Notes under the pieces: model-generated
Told to the model about the DNA's origin: nothing
The model's database searches: none
The model's input: only the letters and a program-made list of their open reading frames with translations
Source: the human T2T-CHM13v2.0 reference genome, Homo sapiens
Assembly (NCBI RefSeq): GCF_009914755.1
Contig: NC_060928.1
Strand: one strand, 5' to 3'
Length of the DNA stretch: 64,000 nt
Shown here: piece by piece, positions 14,690 through 28,039 of the stretch
Position numbering within the stretch: position 1 is the stretch's first letter
Layout: every line of letters begins with the position of its first letter
Made by a program: the position numbers and the translations under genes

Positions 14690-15495
14690 CAGCAACAATT
14701 CGATGGTAAATTCAGTGTTTAATTTTTATTTCTCTTCTGAGTCCTCTAAAGCTTTAACAGTGACCACTGCCTCCTCCTTAAAACACATCCTTGATTTGGA
14801 TTCCAAAACATTATGGTCTCCTAGATTCCTTCCTACTTTGCAATTTGCTTTTTCTTGGTCAACTTGGCTGGCTCCTCTTCTACCTCCATGTCTCTCAGTG
14901 GAAAATTGACCTCTTGGTTCTTTTCTCTTCAGTCTCCTGTCACTTCCTTGATGATCTCATAAAGAGTCATGACTTTAAGTGTCACTGAAAATTCCAAAAT
15001 TTTTATCCCCAGCCATGCTCTTTTCCCTGGAATCTTAATTTGAATGTTTGTTTATGTGGCATCTAGTTTAGAATTTCTAATAGACATCTCCAAATTAACA
15101 TGTCCCCAAATTGTTGTACTCTCAACCCTCCAAACTACTCCGTCTGTAGTCTCCGCCTTTCTCCATGTTGATCTGGTAAGAATCCTTGATTGTATCTGTG
15201 AGTTTCTCCTTTCTCTCAGACCCTGAGGGCAATGCACATGAAAATTCTGTTCTGTCTTGTCTTCAAAACATACTACCACATCAACCTCTAATACTCTTGT
15301 CCAAGACTCCATCTGATCTTATTTAGAAATATTGCTATACCTTTATAATTGGTCTCCCTGCTTCCATTCTTACTTTCCCTTCCAGAAATGCACAGTTTAC
15401 TCTCAATACAAGATCTAGAATGACACTGACACTTATAATGGGTAAGAGGTATCATGTCACTTCTCTTGTTTGCTTTTTTTTAAATCTCATTGAAC
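14690..15495 (+). mobile_element. L2 fragment (5' part, split by the RPF2 retrocopy)
   Basis: TTTAACAGTGACCACTGCCTCCTCCTTAAAACA...TTCCAAAACATTATGGTCTCCTAGATTCCTTCCTAC...GATGATCTCAT. Confidence 0.7.
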
Positions 15496-15522
15496 ATTAA
15501 AAACAAGCAAACAAACAAAAAA

Positions 15523-16480
15523 CACTTGGCATTTTACGTGGTTTGGGTTGTGGGTTGCAGTAGCCATGGATTAAGTTGTAAAGCCTAAAGTAATAAGAAC
15601 AAAGAAATTCCTTGAGAAGAGAGAACTGAAATTCAGTGAAAATATTAAAAATGCCATGTTGATTAAAGAGGAGAATGCAACTGCAACAGTGACACAAGTA
15701 CTTAGAGATGTGTATGCTTTGAAAAATCTATGTGGCTTTTTGTACAAAAAGAAAAATATTATAAGACTGTTCTAGAATCAGATATCACTGGAATTCTTCA
15801 AAGAAGTCAGATTGTTCCTTATTCACATACGGCTCCCATAATAAGAAATGAACAAATAATCTAATAAGAGATCACATGTATGGCTATCTTTTGCTAGATA
15901 TGATAGAATTAGGCATTGAGAAATTTGTCTCATTAATAGACATTAAGAACAGTAAATGCCCTGAGAAAACAAAACCCATGATAATATTTGCTGGTGAGGA
16001 TTTTGTTGTAAAAGAAGACTATAAGGCTAAAGAGTCTTCTTACTGATTTCTTCAGCAGCCCAGGAGTATCAAATAGCCTCCCAACTGGATCAGAGTATGT
16101 TTTACACTTCACCACTCAGTAAGGGAAGATTTATTTTCGAAGCTATGAGTTACTGCTGAAGAAATCTGTTGCAGAATACCACAGATTGAAGTGGAGATAT
16201 GGAAACCTCATTGGATCGGGTTCCGAGGAGGACACACCTGGCATCAGATGAACTTTATAAATTATCTATGCAAATGCCAACAACTTTCAAGCCAAAGAGG
16301 AAGAAAATTATCTCCCATGATACTTTTGGTATAATTTGTGGAAGGATTCACATGCAGAAGTAAGGCCTAAGCAAACTACAGACTGGGGAAATGAGGGGTT
16401 TGATGTGAACTGAAGAAAATAGAAGACCATGAGAAAAAAAACAAAGAGAATTTTTAAAAATAATAAAACTTAGCCAACAC
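15523..16480 (+). pseudogene. RPF2: Processed pseudogene of RPF2 (BXDC1; Brix-domain ribosome biogenesis factor); remnant CDS about 15566-16463
   Basis: Manual translation from ATG 15566: MD*VVKPKVIRTKKFLEKRELKFSENIKNAMLIKEENATATVTQVLRDVYALK; later LDMIELGIEKFVSLIDIKNSKCPEKTKPMIIFAGEDF, GKIYFRSYELLLKKS, RRTHLASDELYKLSMQMP..ISHDTFG..GRIHMQK*. These match human RPF2 as I recall it, collinear, without introns, with stops and frameshifts. The symbol is that of the parent gene. Confidence 0.93.
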
Positions 16481-16499
16481 ACCAACAGCAATCAAACCA

Positions 16500-16965
16500 C
16501 AAAAGCAAAAATTTATAGTACTCTACAAGACCCCATATAATATTTCTCTTTTTCCCTCTGATCTTATATTTTGCTTTTCTCACCCTTGTTCTCTCCATGC
16601 AGGCCACTTGGTATTTTCTCTGCACCACAGAAAAGCCAGGTATGCTCCTAACTCACAGTGTGTGTACTTGCTGATCCCTCTGTGTGGAATACTTTTCTGT
16701 CAGATAACTTCATGGCTCCTTCCTGCACTTCCTTGGATTTTCTTCAAATGTTTCCTTTACAGTTAGGCTTTTCCTGACTACTCTCTTTAAAACTGTAATC
16801 CCAAACTCTACCTGGCACACCCAATTTATGTTCTCAGGTTTATTTTAAAAAAAACTACAAGTTTTATTCATTTGACAACTACCCATTTATTTCATTTTTA
16901 AATTTTCTGTCTTTTCTCAGTAGATAGAGGATAATTTAAATCTTATTTTTTAATTGCTGTATTTT
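16500..16965 (+). mobile_element. L2 fragment (continuation after the RPF2 retrocopy)
   Basis: CTACAAGACCCCATATAAT...TTGCTGATCCCTCTGTGTGGAATACTTTTC...CATGGCTCCTTCCTGCACTTCC. Confidence 0.65.
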
Positions 16966-17730
16966 TATAGGAGGACAGAGTTAAAGTAGCTAGTCTGTGA
17001 TCCATTCATTTCCTTTATTTTCCAGAGAAAGTGAGCTCCTTTTAATTGAAATTTTAGATAAATAGACTAATGATATTTGCTATAAGCAAGAAATTATCTA
17101 TTAAATACTTTTTCTAGGATGCCTTGGTTGCAGGATTCCTTACATCAAATCAATATAAAATCCTATGAGACATGATTCTTTGAAGAATGTTATGAAAATG
17201 AAACAGGATTTGAGGTATAAATTGATATTTCTCATCATTTAAATGCTCACTGCAATGTGAATAATTACATAAACCTCACATAAAAAACTGATTTATTAAT
17301 CTGAGCCAGATATGTATGCCCTATGCAAGAAAAGGATCTGGAGAATGCTAGAGACCCTAGGAGACCCTAGACAGGTCTCAGAGGTCTATCTCTGCTTCAT
17401 GAGACACTTTTAGTTGTCTACATTCTTGAAATTGTTAATAAACATTGAAACTGGCTGAGCTTATACGATGTGAATATAATTCAACAATTCCATGTTATGT
17501 CACCTCACCAAGCACTTTAAACAGTGCCTGAAATATTATGATTTATGAATATTAGGTGTATGAATAAATAACTAGATTGTCCTCACAGTACTCTCACAAA
17601 AATATTGAGTTTTTGAATTTTAATATCATTAGGTAACCACTTTTGTTTAAAATGATAAATATTGTAGATGTAGAACTGTATTTAATAAAACGAGAGAGCA
17701 GAGCTCTTTCTTTTTATAGAGATTTACTAC

Positions 17731-20580
17731 TGTTTTTTGTTTCAATTTCATTTAGTTCTGCTCTGATCCTGTCATTTGTTTTCTTCTGCTGGGTTTTAGT
17801 TTGGATTGTTCTTGTTTCTCCACGTCTGTGAGGTGTGACCTTAGATTGTCTATTGTGCTCTTTCAGACTTTTTGATGCAGGCATTTAATGCCATAAACTT
17901 TCCTCTTAGCACCACTTTTACCGTATTCCAGAAATTTTGATAGGCTGTGTCACTATTATTGTTCAGTTCAAAGCATCTTTAAATTTCTATCTTGATTTCA
18001 TTGTTGACCCCAAAATCATTCAGGAGCAGGTTATTTAATTCCCATGTATTTGCATGGTTTTGAGTGTGCCTTTTGGAGTTGATTTCCAATTTTATTCCAC
18101 TGTCATCTGAGACAGTACTCAATTGTTTCTTTGTTGACTTTCTGTCTTGAAGACCTGTCTAGTGCTCTCAGTGGAGTATTAAAGTCCCCAACTATTACTG
18201 TGTTGCTCTCTATCTCATTTCTTAATTCTAGTAGTAATTGTTTCATAAATTTGGAAGCTCCAGTGTTAGGTGCATATATATTTAGAAATGTGATATTTTC
18301 CTGTTGGACTAATCTTTTTACATAATGATAATTATATAATGTCCCTGTTTGTCTTTTTTAGCTGCTGTTGTTTTAAAGTTTGGTTTGTCTGATATAAGAA
18401 TACCTACTCCTGCTCACTTTTGGTGTCCATTTGCATGGAATATCTTTTCCACTCCTTTACCTTATGTTTATGTGAGTCCTTATGCATTACGTGAGCCTCC
18501 CAAAGACAGCAGACACTTGATTGGCAAATTCTTATCCATTCTGCCATTTTGTATCTTTTAACTGGAGGATTTAGGCCATTTACATTCAATGTTAGTATTG
18601 AGATGTGAGGTGCTATTCTATTCATTGTGCTATTTGTTACATGAATACCTTGGTTTTTTTTGTTTTTATTTTTTTCATTGTGTTATTGTTATAGATGTCT
18701 TGTGAGACTTTAAGGAGATTCTATTTTGGTGTATTTCAAAGATTTGTTTCAAGATTCAGAGCTCCTTTTAGCAGTTCTTGTAAGTGCTAGCTTGGTAGTG
18801 GTGAATTCTCTCAGCATTTGTTTGTCTGTATACAAAATTCATGGTTGATAATTGTTTTGTTTAAGGAGGCTAAAAATAGAACCCAAATCCCTTATAGCTT
18901 GTAGTGTTTTTGCTGAGAAACCTGCAGTTAATCTGATAGGTTTTCCTTTATAGGTTATCTGATGCTTTTGCCTCCCAGCTCTTAAGATTCTTTCCTTCAT
19001 CTTGACTTTAGATGACCTGATGAGTATGTACCTAGGTGATGATCTTTTATGATGAATTTCCCAGGTGTTCTTTAAGCTTCTTGTATTTGAATGTCCAGAT
19101 CTTTAGCAAGGCTGGGAAAGTTTTCATCAATTATTCCCTTAAATATATTTTCCAAACTCTTAGGTTTTTCTTCTTCCTCTGGAACACCAATTATTCTTAG
19201 GTTTGGATGCTTAACATAGTCCCAAATTTCTTGGAGGCTTTGTTCATTTTTAAAATTACTTTTTCTTTGTCTTTGATGGATAGGATTAATCTGAAAACCT
19301 TGTCTTCAAGCTCTGAATTTTTTTCTTCTCCTTGCTTGATTCTATTGTCTAGATTTTCAAGTGCATTTTGCATTTCTCTGTGTCCTTAATTTCCAGAAGT
19401 TGCTATTTTTAAAAAATTTATGCTGTATTTCACTGAAGAACTTTTCTTTCTTATTCTGAATTATGTTTTTAATTTATTTAAGTTGAGCTTCACCTTTCCC
19501 TGGTGCCTCCTTGATTAGCTGAATAATCTACCTGAATTCTTTTTTTGGCAATTCAGAGATTTCTTCTTGACTTAGACCCATTGCTGGCAAACCGGTATGA
19601 TCTTTTGGGGGTGTTGAAGAACCTTGTTTTGTCATATTACCAGAATTGTTTTTCTGTTTGCCTCTCATTTGGGTAGACTATGTCAGAGGGAATATCTGGT
19701 ATTCAAGGGCTGCTGTTCAGATTCTTTTTTCCCATGGGGTGCTCCCTTGATGTGGTGTTCTCCCACTTCCCCTAGAAATGGGGCTTCCTGAGACCTGAAC
19801 TGTAGTAATTGTTTTTGTTCTTCTGGGACTAGCCACCCAGTGAAGCTACCAGTACTCCACTACTGGGGAGTGTCTACAAACAGTCCTGTGATGTGATCCA
19901 TCTGTAGCAGGGGAATGAAGTAGACTCTCTGAGGGTCTTGGTTGTGTTTCTGTTTAGTGTGCTGATTTTGTATTGGTTGGCCTCCAGCCAGAAGGTGACA
20001 CTTTCAAGAAGAGTGCATCAGCTATGGTCCTATTGGGAGGATGGAAACTTGCCCTAGGGACACCTGGTTAAGTATTTAGGATTCTCAGATGGTTGGCAGG
20101 GCCATAGAGCTCCTAAGATATTATGACCTTTGTCTTTGGCTACCAAGGTGTGTAGAGAAAGACCACCAGGTAGGGGCAAGGATAGGTGTGTCTGAGCTCA
20201 GCTATTCCTTGGGTCTGGGTTGCTGTGGCTGCTGTGGGGAATGGGGGTGTGGTTCCCAATCCAATGGAATTATATTCCAAGGGGGATTATGGCTACCTCT
20301 GCTGAGTCATACGGTTTGCCTGGGAAGTGGGGGAAAGCCAGCAGTCATTGGCCTCACCCCACTCCCATACAGCTGGCAGTCCTAAAGGCAGGTCTCACTC
20401 CCACTGTGCCCCCTAAACAGTACCCAGTCAATTTCCAGGCAGCTGGTGACCAGGACTGAGAACTTGCCCAAGACCACAACCCTCCCTGTTGAGAGACCAA
20501 GAGAACTCACAGTTTTTTGGTGTCTTGAGGAGCCTGCAGTGGTGATCCAGTTCCTTCAAAAGGTCTGTGGATTTCTCTTC
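17731..20580 (-). mobile_element. L1PB-like LINE-1 fragment: partial 5'UTR, ORF1, 5' part of ORF2; no 3' end
   Basis: ORF 18404-18625(-) encodes endonuclease start HISILTLNVNGLN; ORF1 ATG region at about 19670 (antisense of TACCCAAATGAGAGG); GC-richer 5'UTR 19730-20580; flanked by TTTTTATA(G/T)AGATTTACTA. Confidence 0.9.
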
Positions 20581-21496
20581 GTTTTTATATAGATTTACTA
20601 AATTAGAGCAAGAGAAATGATATCATGTAGCTAATATTTATTAAAGTTGTTGGTAAAATTAATCCCCTGTGATAAACATACATTAAAATTTTAAGTCAAT
20701 AAAAGCATCTTCCTTTAATAAATGATCTGCTTTGTCAACAAGTTTTTGTTTAATCTTCCTTTCAAGTATACATGTCAATAACCTTTGGAAATACTCAAAT
20801 AAATTTTTCAGTATTTTAGGAATGTCCATTGTCCTTCCTAACAAGTAGACTTATATGGGAATTCAAATTTATGATGAAATATTAGAGAAAGTACACAGTT
20901 AATGTAAAATTAGGATATTGGTTATGTAAATATTTGATAATTTAGTGCTCTAATCCATAGTTAGCTGAGTTGTCTTTCAAGACCTGTACAAAAGAGTTCT
21001 ATTTTTTTTAATTCTTATCTGAAAACTCAATTTGATAGTAAACTTTCTTAATTAGGTTTTAACGAAGAACATGAAACATGTATCTTTTTACTCCCCATTT
21101 ATTATTCAGTGCTTCTTTTTGCATTACTCCAGCCTTTAACTTGAACCTATGTGAGTCATTGTTTTTTGAAACTTTTTCAATTCTGTTTTAAATTCATATT
21201 GAAGTTTCCTTGTCTAACACATTACTAAAATAAGTATTATTTCTTTCTAATGGCACAGTTGAAGAAATATTTTGACAGCACCATTGCTACAAATTACATA
21301 TTAAGGAAAGATTTGTGTTTATTAACTTTCATGCTGAAAAAAAGCAGAGAATAGGCAAGAATAATGAATATATTTGTCCATTGCAGCCTCTCAATTTTGT
21401 TATATCTTTTAAGACTTTTGAGGAAAGTTGTGTAACTGAATATGTCTAGCAATAGATATCTTGGACTTAAAAGGTATTTAAAAAATAAGAGTTTCC

Positions 21497-21831
<335 letters not shown>

Positions 21832-22052
21832 TTAAAATTTTTAGCTTTATGCATGATATTGCATATGCTAAGCCTTTACCATGAAAGAATATCATAATCA
21901 GCTAAGTGTTTGCCACTTCTGATGGTGCACAAGCTCCTTGAAATCCGTGTATCTCTTTCTGATATGTGTCAAACACTTAGCTGATTTCAAGGAACTAACT
22001 GTTAGCTCCCAACAGAAGTCTACCATCTGAAGTCCAACTACCATCAGAAGTT

Positions 22053-22138
22053 GAATTGTTTTTCTGTTTACCTCTCATTTGGGTAGACTGTCAGAGGGAA
22101 TATCTGGTATTCAAGGGCTGCTGTTCAGATTTTTTTTT
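22053..22138. repeat. 86-bp local duplicate of L1 sequence 19643-19730
   Basis: GAATTGTTTTTCTGTTT(A/G)CCTCTCATTTGGGTAGAC(TA)TGTCAGAGGGAATATCTGGTATTCAAGGGCTGCTGTTCAGATT in both places; 2 substitutions and one 2-bp indel. Confidence 0.93.
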
Positions 22139-23388
22139 GGAATGCAGGAAGAGTAATACAGAACTTAGCTATGGCATTTTACTATAGAGTTGAGTAGGGA
22201 AATATTACTGTGGTCCCTGTGCCTCAATTTAAGTGATTTCCCTTCTTGGATCCAAATCTTGGCACTGTTTTGCGGGTGCTTAAAAGGCTATTCTGTAGAG
22301 TTTGTTGTATGCTTTAATAGGGTTCTTAACACAAAATATTTATGAATTATAACATTTTAGTAACATTGCAACTTAGTATGAAATTTATCCTTGACTTTAG
22401 TAATGTGTTCATGGGCAAGACGTTGTGAGTCTGAAAAATTGTAAGGTTCCTGTTGATAGAAAATATAACAAAAAATATGCAAAAGTTTGCATTTGCCTAT
22501 TTGACATAAATAAAATGTACACCTGAACATTGTTCTTTCACAAAATTAATATTATATATGTGATACAAAAAAGAAATAATTTGTATTTTAAACTTTACTA
22601 AGGGGCCACTTTTGGTTTTACAAATAGTGAGTTCTTATGTCTTTCTATGCAAACTATCATAATTTGGCCAGTGGGAGCACATTTAAGATGACTGTCATGC
22701 CCTGTTAATAAATTGTATAAAATTTAAAAAATCTTATTTTTTTCCTGGAAAAAAAAAGCCATATGTCATATAACCACTATGTACCTTTCCTAAGCCAGCT
22801 ATAGAAACAGACATGCATCAAATAAACCTGCAATTCCTCTTAGCAGAAAAGGATATTAGTAATTATAATCTTAGCCATAGTAATTATTTGAAATTTGGAA
22901 TCGTGAAGTGGCTTTGTTTTGGGGAAATTAATAGAATAGTGGTTAAGAAAATAAACTTTGAAATCAAGTATTCGTTTTGATATTTTTACAGTTACTCTCC
23001 AGCACTACTTCATAATGTTCTTAAGCATATATATGTACTTAAATATAACTATATATCTAGGGATTTTCTACATATTTTGCTCATTTAATGTGATTGTTGT
23101 TATAACTAAAATGAAATTAGAATTCATTTAAAAATATAGATTTTTAAAGGTGAAATAAAATGTTTATTTTAATTGGGGAACAACTATTTCTGTCAAATCT
23201 AAAAGCAACAGAAAATATAATGTACATGTTTCTTAAGTATACAATATAGATGTTTTCAATTTTATTTTTATCAGCATTCTGTTGCAATAAGAGAAGATTT
23301 CAATTTAATTATTTGCCTTCAGGGGTTATCAGACTTTCACAATAGTAGCATATATATCTATACCTATAGTGAAAACAAATAATATATT

Positions 23389-23423
23389 TATACTAGATCT
23401 TAGCCAAAAGGCTGAGAAGTGAT
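23389..23423 (-). pseudogene. RNU2: 3'-truncated (tailless) U2 snRNA retropseudogene, first about 35 nt
   Basis: Reverse complement ATCACTTCTCAGCCTTTTGGCTAAGATCTAGTATA versus U2 ATCGCTTCTCGGCCTTTTGGCTAAGATCAAGTGTA (31/35); TSD CAAATAATATATTTA at 23376-23390 and 23425-23439. Confidence 0.92.
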
Positions 23424-25295
23424 CCAAATAATATATTTAAATTACAATGTTATGATTTGCTAAATAACATGTTTAAATTAGAATAGTATGTTTTAAAATC
23501 ATAGGCTAAATTAATCAAATTATATTAAACACTCTAAAATACAATACAGAAAAATCTTACTGTTTTAGTGTTGAACCATATGAAAAAGTTTCTACAATGA
23601 TATACCTAAGTATAGAACACAAGGTGATGGTCTGAGATGCAGGCTTATTTCTTATAAATTCTCCTCTAGATAGCTAAGAATTAGGCCTAGCCAACCTGAA
23701 CACAGTGCCTATTGCCTGAGAAGTTGTTCTAATTTAACTTTGAAGACACTAGGAAAGACATCTAGATTTAAAACATATTTCAAAATAAATGAGAAAACTA
23801 TTTAAAGAATCATAACTTTCTGAAATTATACTTTTTTTTGCTCTTTGATTTTTCTGAGCCAAATTATAGATTGAGTTTATTCATATGAATATCTACAAAA
23901 ACATACGTATATAGGCACATTAATGTTATTGCACCTATGTGTGTAACTTTTATTTAACTGTCAGCTTTATATAATCATTTTCTCAGAAGTGTTCTTAGGT
24001 AAGTGCAGACTGTTAATTACCTCAGTACTACTAATTATTCTAAGGATTAGAAGGTTACAAAGGGATTTCAGAAAATATGTACAACTTAGCCTCACCGTAC
24101 TTGTAATATTGCTGATATTGTTTATCTCAGAAAATGTTACATATCAAAAATTAAACAAAGTTTAAAATTTCATTAGAACAATATCTTTGATCCACATGGT
24201 TTCAAAATCATCTGAATTTTATGAGCCATTTATGAAAGACAGTAGTATTTTTAAATATAATATAAGGGTTCCAAAGCCATCTTTATATTTATATAGCCTC
24301 AAATTTTAGCTTAATTCAAATGATCTGATTTACAATATTAAAGATAAGAAATATAGAAATTAAATGTTCCATTCAATTCAGCTTTTATGCAAAATCCAAA
24401 TAATTTGTTGAAAAGATATATTATGCTCTTAAACAATTTTCCCTCTAGGAACGCATAGTCACCACAGAGATAAAACAATATTAAATTATCTTTAAGCTAA
24501 TAGGATAAAACAAACTTACACTAAATGCCATAACATAATTTACTTTGCCAAATAATTTATTTGTAAATGTGTGTGAAGTAAATTTTGCTCGAGGTTTAAT
24601 GTTTAAAATTTGTTAGTCTTCAGTTGTAACTCTGATTTCTATTCAATATTTTTGAATTAAATGCAACCAATTTCTGATTCTTAACTATCTAACTTTAAAA
24701 TATACCTTTTGCCAAAAGACAAACACAAGTACCTTCTATTTTTCCTTGTGAGTTTGTGCGCTTGTGTATATGTGTGTTGGTTATGTTTATTTGTTGAGTT
24801 TGGCATAGTTGATTACTGACTACTGATCTGCTTTGAATTAGAATATTTTTATTCTTTTATTCTGGATAAATTTGGCTTTACCTCATGGATTCTGAGGCTG
24901 TTTGAAAAAAATAATATTTCATTTGCATTTCTGCTTTTAAGAATTTAAAAAATATTACACTGGAAAATGTTTTAATTTTAGATACACTTTAAATTAATAC
25001 TAAGATTGAAGTCATTCTTATTCAACTATACTTACATTAATTTAATTAGAAGAGGAATTTGTTTTCAGTATTTCTTAATACATTGTAATTAATTAACTTA
25101 AAATAGGTTTTGAAAATACTAAGAGGTCAGATATACAATAATCCAATTTATCAGTAACTTCCCAAAGTGCATTTTTTAATGAGTTACATATCAAGATAGG
25201 TTTAACACATATAATATAACCTTACCGCACCCATAAATAGTACAAAATTAAATAATACAGAAGTTTATTTTTCTCTTTAAAAAAAAAATGAACCA

Positions 25296-25620
<325 letters not shown>

Positions 25621-25711
25621 TCAGTCTGGAATAATGACTCCACAAAGTCATCAAGGTAGCAGGTGCCTTCTAGATCATTGCACTGTCACTCCAAGGTTTT
25701 TTCTTAGTCTT

Positions 25712-26260
25712 TGTGATGGTTAATATTGAATGTCAACTTGATTGGATTGAAGGATGCAAAGTAGTGTCCCTGGGTGTTCTGTGAGGGCGCTGCCAAAGGA
25801 AATTAACATATTTGAGTCGGTGAACTGGGAGAGGCTGACCTACCCTCAATCTGGGTGGGCGCCATCTAATCAGCCGCCAGTGTGGCTAGAATAAACAGGC
25901 GGAAGAAAGTGGAATGACAAGACTTGCTGAGTCTTCTGGCCTTTATCTTTTTCCCGTGCTGGATGCTTCCTGCTCTCCAACAAAAGACTCCAAGTTCTTC
26001 AGCTTTTAGATACTTGTACTTAAACCAGTGATTTATCAGGGGCTCTCGGGCCTTTGGCCACAGACTGAAGGCTGCACCGTCAGCTTCCCTACTTTTTGAG
26101 GTTTTGGAATTCGGGCTGGCTTCCTTGCTCCTCAGCTTGTAGATGGCCTATTGTGGGAATTCACCTTGTAATCGTGTGAGTCAAGTCTCCTAATAAACTC
26201 CCCTTCATATATACATATATCCTATTAGTTCTGTCCCTTTAGAGAAAGCTGACTCATACA
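25712..26260 (+). mobile_element. ERVL solo LTR MLT2A (MLT2A2-like), complete, 549 bp
   Basis: TGTGATGGTTAATATTGAATGTCAACTTGATTGGATTGAAGGATGCAAAG ... AATAAACTCCCC...GACTCATACA; perfect 5-bp TSD GTCTT (25707-25711, 26261-26265). Confidence 0.92.
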
Positions 26261-28039
26261 GTCTTCTTTCTCCATATGGCTCCTATCACACTGGTCATCG
26301 TATACGTGTCCTAAGAAGCAGGATGGAATAGGAAAAGGAAGTTGTAGCTTCCATAGTTAACAGTATACGCTGAGAATATCATGATTAACTTAAGTTGCCA
26401 ATGTTGTTCAGCTCTTGCGTACGTCGTCTTCTCTATTCTAAGAGAGGCTGAAAAATTCAATCTTGTCCGTGGTTGCCATTACTGAGATTTCTTTCAGCTA
26501 AAAACAGGGATACTGTGATTAAAGTAGATAAATACACATTCATACTATTAACTAGTCATCACTGCCTCCTTCTGTGCAATGGCGCCTCAAGGAATTAAGG
26601 AGGAAAATTAGAATTCACTTCTTTCAGATTGTTTTTGACAAAAGCTGCTATAGTACAATATTACTCAGGTGTGTTTAAGAGGAATGAAAGTATTATTTCC
26701 TGCCTTTTACATTATTTCCTAAAAGTTCCTTTAACATAAGTTTAATAATTGGTTTCCAGCTACGTGGAAATATTTGACACTGGCCATTAGGCTTTTCCAG
26801 TAAAATAGTTTCAATAATGACTCTCAAAAAATATTAACATTCAGACTTCAGTTACCTGCTTAGCTTGATTTTATAATTAGAAATTTTGATTTTTCTTACA
26901 AATATATAACAAATAAAAATATATAATTATATCATCATTATATTACAAGAAGAAAAATAGTACAATGAATGACCACAAAAAGGTAGACAGTATGGTATTC
27001 CCTTTGTGTTGGAGAAGAAAACATGAAGCTGACAAATATATTTTTGGTTATGCTGAGTTCGAAGTGTTGGTAATACATTTATTTGGAAATATCCTCTAGA
27101 CATAGAACAAATATTTGAAGTAGAAATTTGAGGCTCAAAATAAATGAGATTTTTGAAAAGCAGATAACTGCTCTCAGTGATTCTGAATCTCTTGATCTCT
27201 AAAAATTATATCTTGGGATACTAAAAATATTTGTAGGTGAATCCAAAACCCTTTTGAGAAATAGACAAGAAGTTAATAAACTGGAAGTACCATAAGTTAA
27301 CATGAAGTAAATGAAATTGTGACTCCAAGAAAATGTGAAAAACATTTTACAAAACAATCTATCCTGAGGAAGTTTATCAAGCACATTGAATAGATTTTGC
27401 ATCATTAAAAAATAAGTGATTATCAATTGGTACCATAATAATAAACAGCCATAAGAATGACTGTTTTTTATATGACTGCAAGAGATTTGAAACACTGGCA
27501 TATGTGAAATTGAAGATATTTGATGAAGCAAACCAAGAAAGAAACATACTGGCTCTATGACACAACTGTTAGGTTAAACCGCAGTTGACTAAGTCACCTT
27601 TGAAAAAGTATTTCTTAATAGTCACTAAACAGGTGTGGGCTGAATAGAAGTAACATACCTCTATGTGGGTTCATTTGCTCTTTTTTGGGTTATAATTTTT
27701 GATTTTTCTACGACAAATTCCTGTTCATCCTTTGGAAGAAATCAAGCATCAGTTCTTCTGTGAGGGAGTATCTAACCCTCTACCTAGAGGACCACCTTTA
27801 ACATATATATGGCACCACACATGTCTCTTTTGCAGAACTTGCCCCATTTGCTTGGGATGCTCATTTATTTTGACCACACACATACTTACAGTCCCATAGA
27901 TCTAAAAATATAGAGGACAGGAATTTTGTCTATTTTAATCAGTAGCTTGAAAAAGTACTTTGGTGCTATGCTAATGAAGAAGTATAGTGAGAAAAAAACA
28001 GAAATATTTTAGATAAAATTTTAAACATTTTGAAAAGTA

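Noticed and set aside
19730-20580. GC-richer block as a host promoter (likewise 44430-45847)
   Set aside because: Explained by old L1 5'UTR sequence with CpGs largely decayed
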